Source of the DNA: Candidatus Thorarchaeota archaeon
GTDB lineage: Archaea > Asgardarchaeota > Thorarchaeia > Thorarchaeales > Thorarchaeaceae
Direction of reading: 5' to 3'
Length of the DNA: 13,690 bases
Assembly: GCA_016839605.1 (NCBI GenBank)
Contig: JAEOTX010000232.1
Span: forward strand, 1 to 13,690
Position numbers and translations under genes: made by a program. Below, in pieces: positions 7,128-13,690 of this stretch. The notes under the pieces are model-generated. The model did no database searches and had not been told where the DNA came from. It was given only the letters and a program-made list of their open reading frames with translations. Each line of letters opens with the position of its first letter. Positions within the stretch are counted from its first letter, which is position 1.

Positions 7128-8087
7128 ATGCAAGCGATGATTGTCGAGGTCCTACTGCTAACTGTATATGCCATAGCTGTTGGAACTATTGCCTCAATGG
7201 TTGGAATTGGTGGCGGAATTTTCAATACTCCACTCCTGATTCTCGTATTCTTCTTCAACGCGCAGCAGGCATCAGCCACTGCTCTTGTGGCTGCGCTTTT
7301 CGTTGCTGCAGCTAGCACTCCAAAATACTGGAGGCAGAATCCTCGTCCAGTCATTCCTAAAGCAGGTCTCTTTCTAGCCATCACAACAATCCCGGGCTCC
7401 TTAACCGGGGTTTTCCTGAGAACCCTGATTGCAGAGGATTATGTCTTGCGTCTGATATTTGGCATCTCTCTGTTTCCTGTTGCTATTAAGATGCTCTTCG
7501 CCAAAAGGAGGAAGAACGATGATAACAAGTCCGAGATTGAAGAGTATGATTTCTCCGCCTTATCGCAACAGCGATTAGCACTCTCTCTATTTGGTGCCTT
7601 TATAGGTGGGGTTGCGGCAGGGCTTCTTGGAATTGGTGGGGGCGCTGTTATCGTGCCAGTGCTTAGCCTTCTCATGGGTCTCCCCATGCTGGCGGCAGTA
7701 TCCACCTCGATGTTCACCATGATCTTCACTGCATCCGCTGGAACTCTGTTGAACTATGTTACTGGATTTATCGACCCAGTCTACGCATTGGCACTTGGTG
7801 CGGGAATGGTTGTTGGTGCACAGATTGGACCACCATTGGCAGCCAGAGTGAATGCGGTTCAACTAAAGAGAGTCTTTGGAATCGTACTCGTGTTCCCACT
7901 AATCAAAATGATGAAACTGGGATATCTATGGCTGGATCCAATGGGTAGCCAATACTCCTTGATGTCAACACTAGGTGACATCATTATCTGGCTGCTAGTC
8001 GTTATTCCGATAGCCTTGTTCAGATTCTACAAAATCAAGAATGATGCAAATGAAATAAGTGGCCCAGAACTGCAGTCTGATATGTGA
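7128..8087 (+). CDS. Sulfite exporter TauE/SafE family (TSUP) membrane transporter
   Basis: Duplicated signature (SMVGIGGGIFNTPLL; GLLGIGGGAVIVPVL), AVSTSMFTMIFTA, GAQIG; 8 core TM helices plus a C-terminal extension. Start may be 7137. Confidence 0.9.
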   Translation: MQAMIVEVLLLTVYAIAVGTIASMVGIGGGIFNTPLLILVFFFNAQQASATALVAALFVAAASTPKYWRQNPRPVIPKAGLFLAITTIPGSLTGVFLRTLIAEDYVLRLIFGISLFPVAIKMLFAKRRKNDDNKSEIEEYDFSALSQQRLALSLFGAFIGGVAAGLLGIGGGAVIVPVLSLLMGLPMLAAVSTSMFTMIFTASAGTLLNYVTGFIDPVYALALGAGMVVGAQIGPPLAARVNAVQLKRVFGIVLVFPLIKMMKLGYLWLDPMGSQYSLMSTLGDIIIWLLVVIPIALFRFYKIKNDANEISGPELQSDM

Positions 8088-8143
8088 GGATTTTGGTTAT
8101 TGGAACTAGTTACCAGACCGGGCTCTGACAAACCTTTTCTTCT

Positions 8144-8172
8144 TTCCTGATAATTACAACTTGAATCAGGAA
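8144..8172. repeat. 8-bp inverted repeat TTCCTGAT-N13-ATCAGGAA following a pyrimidine tract
   Basis: Arms at 8144-8151 and 8165-8172, in the intergenic region just upstream of the SD of the next gene. Confidence 0.4.
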
Positions 8173-8193
8173 TCGTGATCTGGAGGAGAAGTA

Positions 8194-8868
8194 GTGTCAG
8201 AGGCAGCTGGGCTAGTGAAAGTAAGATGCACATATTGCGGAAAAGCCCTGCAGAGAGAAGAGATGGTCAGATATCGAGGGCTAATCTCCTGCAAGAAATG
8301 CGCAGTCGAGGCTCAAGAGAGTGATAGACAAAAGATTGCATATTATCGACATTGGTTCACTCTTGGAGCTGTTGGCAGTCTTGTAGGTGTGTTTATTGCA
8401 ACTTTCATTCAGTGGAGACGGATACTCTTCTTCACCCCAGATATCGCCTTTGTGATTTTGGCTGCAGTCATTCTAATGCAGGTATTCGCGGTGTACGGAC
8501 TTTATCTTGTTTCTGATCAGTCAATAGTATTGGCACCAATTGTGGCAGGATTGTTCACATTTTTTGCACTAATTTTAGAGTACCTCTTAATCACGATTCT
8601 GATACCGGTTTCAGAAATAGAAAGGCCAATCATTACGGGCAGTCAGATTGGCATAGTTGCATTCTTCATCCTCACTGGCTTAGTAGTTCTCTTAACAAGG
8701 CAGCACTTCAAAAATGAGTCTCTGACTGCAGGTTCTGGTGCTCTCTACCTCGCAGTTGGATCCACACTATTCTTAATCCCAATTGCGCCAACATTGCTTT
8801 TTGCATTCACAACACTGCTTTTTGCTGGAGGGATATCGGAACCAGACCTATCTATTCGAGAAGTATAA
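8194..8868 (+). CDS. Hypothetical multi-pass membrane protein with N-terminal CxxC...CxxC zinc finger
   Basis: GTG start with GGAGG SD at 8182-8186; CTYC-x16-CKKC; about 6 hydrophobic segments. Confidence 0.8.
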   Translation: MSEAAGLVKVRCTYCGKALQREEMVRYRGLISCKKCAVEAQESDRQKIAYYRHWFTLGAVGSLVGVFIATFIQWRRILFFTPDIAFVILAAVILMQVFAVYGLYLVSDQSIVLAPIVAGLFTFFALILEYLLITILIPVSEIERPIITGSQIGIVAFFILTGLVVLLTRQHFKNESLTAGSGALYLAVGSTLFLIPIAPTLLFAFTTLLFAGGISEPDLSIREV

Positions 8869-8918
8869 GCTAGAACCTTCGTAGCTTGAACTTGTACCAT
8901 ACTATGTTCCTATGCATG

Positions 8919-9299
8919 CTAGGTGAAAATGATTTGGGATGTTCCTTCAATCGATTCCAGAGGCTTCTTATCGATCTTGACTCCACCTTCATCCACAACT
9001 TGCCAGTCTGATTCAGGACTATGGTTCTCAAGTGGCCAATCCTTTAGTAACGCATTTCTCACAGTGTCAGTAGGCAATCCTTTGAAAAAATACTCTCGAA
9101 TCTCACCTTCTTTTCTTATAGCACGAGATATGGTACCATCGAAACCATCTGTTATTGATGCATGTCGCTCGATTCTCCCTGATATATTGAATGCAGCAAT
9201 TAGGAAGAAGAGGATTGATGCCCAAAATAACGCATTTGAGACTGTGTAATGGAGAGGAATGAGACCTGTACTACTGAAGATGCCTGCTATGTAAAGCAT
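8919..9299 (-). CDS. Hypothetical membrane protein; probably the 3' part of a frameshifted gene spanning 8919-9394
   Basis: 126-aa ORF with TM segment(s) and an acidic soluble tail; it begins in the middle of a hydrophobic stretch that continues in an adjacent frame (see findings). Confidence 0.6.
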   Translation of the reverse strand: MLYIAGIFSSTGLIPLHYTVSNALFWASILFFLIAAFNISGRIERHASITDGFDGTISRAIRKEGEIREYFFKGLPTDTVRNALLKDWPLENHSPESDWQVVDEGGVKIDKKPLESIEGTSQIIFT

Positions 9300-9478
9300 G
9301 AATAGAGCTAACGGTGGATGAGGAAGATGATGTCGATTATCCTGATCTTGCTCTTCAACTTTGGACGCACTCCCAAAACGGATTTAGATTGCACTCGATT
9401 GTTACTCGTAAATTTGAAAATGTAGAACTTTGGAGATTCGAGAGAAGCAATAAACCACACATGTTGGAATCTCAGCTG

Positions 9479-9485
9479 TTTATAT
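9479..9485. promoter_or_regulatory. TATA-box candidate (TTTATAT) in the divergent intergenic region upstream of the SDR gene
   Basis: Matches the archaeal TTTA(A/T)A consensus about 50 nt before ATG 9535; reads ATATAAA on the minus strand. Confidence 0.35.
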
Positions 9486-9534
9486 GGAGGTCTCCGAATA
9501 TCTACAGTTGATACTTCTTCGGAGAGAGGACACA

Positions 9535-10302
9535 ATGGTGAATTACGACCTTACTGATAGAGTAGTGATAATAACCGGAGCATCTGCAGGTCTGGGAGAG
9601 CAATTTGCACACGGCTTTGCAGAATCTGGAGCACATGTTGTGCTCGCTGCTCGAAGAATGGATCGCTTAGAGAAAATCGCAAAGGATGTTTCTGAGAAGT
9701 ATAAGGTGAGAGCGATTCCTGTAGAGTGCGATGTGGCAAAGGAGGATGACGTTGTTGGGCTGGTGCAGACTACTATAGACAAGCTTGGATCAGTAGATGT
9801 CCTAGTTAATAATGCAGGAATGTACATTGTCAAGCCACTTATCGAACAGACCCTGGAAGACTGGAACACTGTGATGGATGTGAATCTTACATCCGCATTC
9901 TTGGCTACACGAGAAGTGGCTAAGGTGATGATTCCAAAGAAGTTTGGGTCTATCATCAACATCTCTTCCACCTTCGGATTCGGAGGCACCAAGTTCACAG
10001 AGATTAGCTACTACACGTCAAAAGGCGGCATGGTGGCAATGACTAAGGCGTTGGCAGTTGAGCTTGGAGAACATAATATTCGTGTCAATGCAATTGCTCC
10101 TGGATTCTTCCCCACAGCTATGTCTATCGAAGCAATGCGTGACAAGAAAATTGCAGATACAATGATTAAGCCTCGAACTGCTTTGCCCATGTTTGCTGAG
10201 AACGAGTGGATAAGGGGAGCGGCCTGCTTCCTTGCAAGCGATGATGCCATCTATATAACTGGCCACACACTTGCTGTTGATGGTGGATGGCTGGCGTTTT
10301 AG
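9535..10302 (+). CDS. Classical short-chain dehydrogenase/reductase (FabG / gluconate 5-dehydrogenase-like), probably NADP(H)-preferring
   Basis: TGASAGLG, AARR, LVNNAG, IINISS, YYTSK (YxxxK), IRVNAIAPG, YITGHTLAVDGG. Start 9535 follows GAGAGGA SD (preferred over 9484). Confidence 0.93.
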   Translation: MVNYDLTDRVVIITGASAGLGEQFAHGFAESGAHVVLAARRMDRLEKIAKDVSEKYKVRAIPVECDVAKEDDVVGLVQTTIDKLGSVDVLVNNAGMYIVKPLIEQTLEDWNTVMDVNLTSAFLATREVAKVMIPKKFGSIINISSTFGFGGTKFTEISYYTSKGGMVAMTKALAVELGEHNIRVNAIAPGFFPTAMSIEAMRDKKIADTMIKPRTALPMFAENEWIRGAACFLASDDAIYITGHTLAVDGGWLAF

Positions 10303-10454
10303 AGAAGTTCAACTCAGGTCCATACTGGAGATTGGAGATACTTATTGACTATTGTGCGAGCTGGATAAAGCTAAGTGTTGAGATTGGCGAGCATTGCTTC
10401 AGAGGAGCTGCTTAAAGCGGAAACGCAATGTATGTACATCTAGGTGAGATAGCA

Positions 10455-11360
10455 TTGCGTTCATTCCCCTTTGTTCAAACCAGTGTATTCACTGATGATA
10501 GACACGGATTTGGTGGTAATCAACTAGCAACGTTTTGGAATTCTGAAAAGAATCTAGACCTCACAACTGAAGAAATGCAGGGCATGGCTCTAGAATTCAA
10601 CTTCTCTGAAACTACGTTCATTCTCCCTTCTGAGCAACCTCATTGTGCAGCAAAGGTGCGCATCTTTACTCCAGCGGCTGAGATTCCATTTGCTGGACAC
10701 CCTACGCTTGGCACTGCTTTTGTAATGAAGCATAAGGGACTCGTACCTGAAGAGATGCATAGTGCTATTCTCGAACTCGGGATTGGTCCTACGCCAGTTG
10801 AATTTCTTTCGGGCGATACTATTCTCATGAAACAGAACGAGCCGGAGTTTCTCTCAAGGTTTGACGATATTGAGGCAATTTCAAGAGCTGTACAGGTGAA
10901 GTCTGATGACATCTCAGATGAGAGTCCTCTACAGTGGGTTTCAACTGGATTTCCATATCTGATTGTCCAGCTGAATAGCCTGCAGGCAGTACAAGCTGCT
11001 GTGCCAAGACCAAACGAGATTTTGAAAACACTCTCTGGTGAATTGAGTCAAGAGATTGTCATTTTCTCAAATGAAACAGTCCATGAGGACTCTTCAGTTC
11101 ACGCAAGGATGTTTGCACCGGCCTTCGGAGTACTAGAGGATCCTGCAACAGGAAGTGCCGCAGGGCCGCTTGGAGCTTACGTTAGAAAGTACGTTACCAA
11201 GGAGAAGAGTGATTTTGCCGAACCGGTTGTAATCGAGCAGGGATTTGAAATTAAGAGACCCAGCAAATTGATGTCACAGGTAATCGGAGGAGCAGGCTTC
11301 GAAGGAATGAAGGTATCAGGAAAAGTGAAACTGGTTGCAGAAGGGGACTTTTTCCTCTAG
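10455..11360 (+). CDS. PhzF family phenazine biosynthesis-like isomerase (DAP-epimerase fold)
   Basis: GGNQLA, FNFSETTF, VRIFTPAAEIPFAGHPTLG, STGFP, ARMFAP, EDPATGSAAGPLGAY, EQG..RPS. TTG start at 10455 follows AGGTGA SD at 10442-10447 (preferred over 10428). Confidence 0.93.
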   Translation: MRSFPFVQTSVFTDDRHGFGGNQLATFWNSEKNLDLTTEEMQGMALEFNFSETTFILPSEQPHCAAKVRIFTPAAEIPFAGHPTLGTAFVMKHKGLVPEEMHSAILELGIGPTPVEFLSGDTILMKQNEPEFLSRFDDIEAISRAVQVKSDDISDESPLQWVSTGFPYLIVQLNSLQAVQAAVPRPNEILKTLSGELSQEIVIFSNETVHEDSSVHARMFAPAFGVLEDPATGSAAGPLGAYVRKYVTKEKSDFAEPVVIEQGFEIKRPSKLMSQVIGGAGFEGMKVSGKVKLVAEGDFFL

Positions 11361-11406
11361 TTGAAGACCTCATCTATTGTCTCTATTTGCTGAATGAAGA
11401 GAATAG

Positions 11407-11433
11407 AGGAAGAGCAAGGTGCATGCTCTTCCT
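11407..11433. terminator. Perfect 10-bp hairpin AGGAAGAGCA-N7-TGCTCTTCCT between convergent genes
   Basis: Arms at 11407-11416 and 11424-11433, between the PhzF-family stop (11360) and the MFS stop (11446). No poly-T tail, so terminator function is inferred from position only. Confidence 0.5.
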
Positions 11434-11445
11434 GTGTGTACGATT

Positions 11446-12807
11446 CTACTCCGGTTCAGGGGCTTCTGTGATTTTAGTTTGAGCCTTCAGGCTTTCAAAG
11501 TCCGGATCAATGTTTGTTCTTCTGAGAATCCAAGCAGCAATCAGCAGGAAGGGTGCGAAGAGTGGTCCCCACCATAGGTAACCGAATAGCTCGTTTCCGG
11601 TACTAGCTACTGAAAAGCTCATGAACCAGCCCAAAAGCACAGCCGTCGTGGCTTGGAACATGTTCAGTGGTACACCCTTGAAGCCCTCATACATTCCTGC
11701 ACGACTTTTTCCGGTTTCAAGTTCATCAACATGCGCAATGTCGGCTGGAACAATGTAGCTCATTAAGTAGTAAACGGCCATACAAGCCGCCAAAGGAATG
11801 AAGTAGAAGAAGGCCACAACTACATTTGAAATCACTCCCGCAAGCCAACCAACAACTGGCGTCATCGCCATCAATATAGCAAGGAGAATCAAGGAGTAAA
11901 ACATCAGGCGGCCTTTTCCAACCCTGCCAATCATTTTGATCCATATGTAAAGGAAGATAATGATTGAAACAAGAAGCCCAATCGCAGGCGGCAGCAATAG
12001 TTCCATCGAGGTCAGAAGAAGCACACTCTGAGCATAACCCACAATTTGAGTTGTTATTGCTGAAAAGCTGAATGACAGAAAACCTACAATGAGAACCCAC
12101 TTCACATAGATAGGGTTCTTCAGAACCGTTTGAGTTTCTTCCCTCATACTCCTCTTTGGGAGAACTATGTCGGGTTTTTCCCTTATGAAAGCAATCGATG
12201 GAAGGTAGAACAGCACAGTAATGATTGAGAATACAAGGACTATCATGAAACCAATCGAACTCAAACCTGGTGGTGCAGCTACAAAAAACAACGGAGTTAC
12301 AAAGCCAATAACCACTCCAAGTCCATTAGCAACCCAGTTCGCTGTGTTCTGCATACTTGAAACCAACGGACGTTCATCCTCCTCAGTTATCTCAGGCATC
12401 CAAGCCTGAAAAGCAGTGAGAAGAAATGCGTAGAAGAACTTGAAGGCACAAATGAATAACAAGTAATAGCCAAAGACGACATACTGTAGAGACAGGTCCG
12501 CCGTATCAATAAACCAGTTAGGCACAAAAACCAGAAATCCAGTTATTGCCAATCCGGGTGCCCCAATGATAACGTAGGGCTTTCTCCGTCCCCATCTGGT
12601 TTCGGTTCTATCACTCAAGAAGCCTATGAACCAATGTGTCAAGCCGATGACAACATATGATGCAGCAAGTGCTATGCCATCAAGAAACCAGTTTAGCTCA
12701 AACACTGTCCCATAGATCCAAAACGCTGTGAGGCCAGTCAGAGTTAGGAGAAACGACGAGCCAAAGCGTCCCATCCCGTATGAGACTTTCTTATAGAAAG
12801 GAAGCAT
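11446..12807 (-). CDS. MFS transporter, glycoside-pentoside-hexuronide (GPH / MelB-like, MFS_2) family
   Basis: 453 aa, about 12 TM helices; KKVSYGMG, GFLSDRTETRWGRRKPY, PEITEEDER, ADIAHVDELETGKSRAGMY; GGAGGAG SD upstream of the ATG. Confidence 0.92.
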   Translation of the reverse strand: MLPFYKKVSYGMGRFGSSFLLTLTGLTAFWIYGTVFELNWFLDGIALAASYVVIGLTHWFIGFLSDRTETRWGRRKPYVIIGAPGLAITGFLVFVPNWFIDTADLSLQYVVFGYYLLFICAFKFFYAFLLTAFQAWMPEITEEDERPLVSSMQNTANWVANGLGVVIGFVTPLFFVAAPPGLSSIGFMIVLVFSIITVLFYLPSIAFIREKPDIVLPKRSMREETQTVLKNPIYVKWVLIVGFLSFSFSAITTQIVGYAQSVLLLTSMELLLPPAIGLLVSIIIFLYIWIKMIGRVGKGRLMFYSLILLAILMAMTPVVGWLAGVISNVVVAFFYFIPLAACMAVYYLMSYIVPADIAHVDELETGKSRAGMYEGFKGVPLNMFQATTAVLLGWFMSFSVASTGNELFGYLWWGPLFAPFLLIAAWILRRTNIDPDFESLKAQTKITEAPEPE

Positions 12808-12911
12808 TCACAAATCTCCTCCATTAAATCCCGAAGCACATTACCTATGGGAGCGGCGACTTAAATCTCTTCAAGCTAACCAAGTTATAGTGAAGCTTCG
12901 AGGGATAACAA

Positions 12912-13331
12912 ATGTCGATCAAGACAAGGGATAATATTGAGTATTCAACAAAGCTATCAGAAAAGGGTGTTGAGGATCTTATGGGGCGACTTCTAGAGCG
13001 CTACCAGACAATATATTCCCGAGTCTGGGAAAACAGCGGCTTCAAAATCGAGTACTATGTTGGGTATAGAATTGAGTATCAAGCATACCTTCCAGTAATT
13101 ATCACAATAGAGAAAAGCCCATCAGATGCTGAGTGTAACTTCAGATTCTTTGGGCCCAGATTGGATGTGGATAGAGCAGAGCAAGAGCTTGATATAGTTA
13201 GACATCCCGAGAATTGGGGCACATGCTATTATTGCGGGGCTCGTTACTTCTATTACGGATCCAAGATAATCGAAGGAAGGGTCGTGGAATGTCAAAATTG
13301 CCTGAAGAAATTCAAGCTTGATGTAGATTAA
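12912..13331 (+). CDS. Hypothetical protein with C-terminal zinc ribbon (CYYC-x18-CQNC)
   Basis: 139 aa; GAGGG SD-like site; two CxxC pairs followed by KKF. Confidence 0.8.
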   Translation: MSIKTRDNIEYSTKLSEKGVEDLMGRLLERYQTIYSRVWENSGFKIEYYVGYRIEYQAYLPVIITIEKSPSDAECNFRFFGPRLDVDRAEQELDIVRHPENWGTCYYCGARYFYYGSKIIEGRVVECQNCLKKFKLDVD

Positions 13332-13690
13332 GTTCGAACATCTTGATCACGATACTTCTTCGGGTCTGCGTCAAACGTGTCTTTGCAATACTGAGCACAG
13401 AAGTAGTAGCTCTTTCCCTCATATTCACTGGTGAGCGTCGCAGTCGCAATGTCCACATCCATTTTGCAAATTGGGTCAATTGCAATTGCAGGCATCTTGG
13501 GTGCAAGTGTGTCTTCGTCTTTGTACTTCTCTGGATCTGCATCAAAGGTATCCTTGCAGTATAGCGCACAGAAGTAGTAGGTCTTTCCGTCGTATTTGCT
13601 CGTATATAATGCGGCTGACATATCAACATCCATTTTGCAAATGGGATCTACAGCGATTCCCATGGATGTTACAGGTGTCACCTCGAACTC
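13328..13690 (-). CDS. Tandem YHS/TRASH metal-binding domains; 5' end uncertain, may be the C-terminus of a larger gene outside the window
   Basis: Two copies of DPICKMDVD...YxGKxYYFCAxYCKDTFDADPxKY. The frame stays open to base 13690 (E-F-E before the GTG at 13681); alternative starts are 13681 and 13663. Confidence 0.85.
   Translation of the reverse strand, partial: EFEVTPVTSMGIAVDPICKMDVDMSAALYTSKYDGKTYYFCALYCKDTFDADPEKYKDEDTLAPKMPAIAIDPICKMDVDIATATLTSEYEGKSYYFCAQYCKDTFDADPKKYRDQDVRT
13350..13655 (-). repeat. Intragenic direct repeat, 171-nt period, encoding the two YHS domains
   Basis: GCACAGAAGTAGTAG at 13395 and 13566; ACATCCATTTTGCAAAT at 13455 and 13626; 33 of 44 aligned residues identical. 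Confidence 0.85.

Noticed and set aside
9308-9310. Amber (pyrrolysine) readthrough of the TAG ending the 9308-9535 ORF
   Set aside because: The same frame hits another TAG six sense codons later; a frameshift explains the region better.
10303-10454. Short GAGATTGG repeats and a GCG-GAAA-CGC mini-hairpin between the SDR and PhzF-family genes
   Set aside because: Too short to distinguish from chance, with no larger structure visible.
11391-11445. SECIS-like reading (ATGA...stem...GA) of the hairpin downstream of the PhzF-family gene
   Set aside because: The helix between ATGA and GA would be too long and poorly paired at its base, and neither flanking gene has an in-frame TGA.
365-13629. The many short alternative-frame and antisense ORFs in the track (e.g. 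1332-1646, 5120-5506, 9543-9998, 11726-12100, 13312-13629)
   Set aside because: They are nested in or antisense to well-supported genes, have shadow-ORF composition and show no family motifs.
13350-13655. The 171-nt repeat, or the paralog pair, as a diversity-generating retroelement template/variable pair
   Set aside because: Differences are largely synonymous and not adenine-specific, both copies are coding, and no reverse transcriptase is in the window.

Overview
A gene-dense archaeal window with 14 probable CDSs, GGAGG/AGGTGA Shine-Dalgarno (SD) sites and frequent TTG/GTG starts. Protein architectures suggest an Asgard archaeon, probably Thorarchaeia-like, but this is inference and no marker gene is present. 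In order: two tandem paralogous cell-surface proteins (NosD-like beta-helix, Ig/cadherin-like stalk, Thr-rich linker, C-terminal membrane anchor) sharing an upstream DNA motif; a helical hypothetical protein; a family I CoA-transferase alpha/beta pair (GctAB-like); a membrane-anchored PCI/winged-helix-like protein; a TauE/SafE (TSUP) transporter; a Zn-finger membrane protein; an apparently frameshifted two-TM protein; a classical SDR; a PhzF-family isomerase; a GPH/MelB-type MFS transporter; a Zn-ribbon hypothetical; and a tandem YHS/TRASH region whose frame is open to the window edge. I saw no rRNA, tRNA, CRISPR array or mobile element. No complete novel system can be demonstrated from sequence alone. 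The best leads are the putative adhesin pair with its shared motif, the PCI-like membrane protein, a motif repeated directly after two stop codons, a frameshift, and a weak C/D-box RNA candidate.
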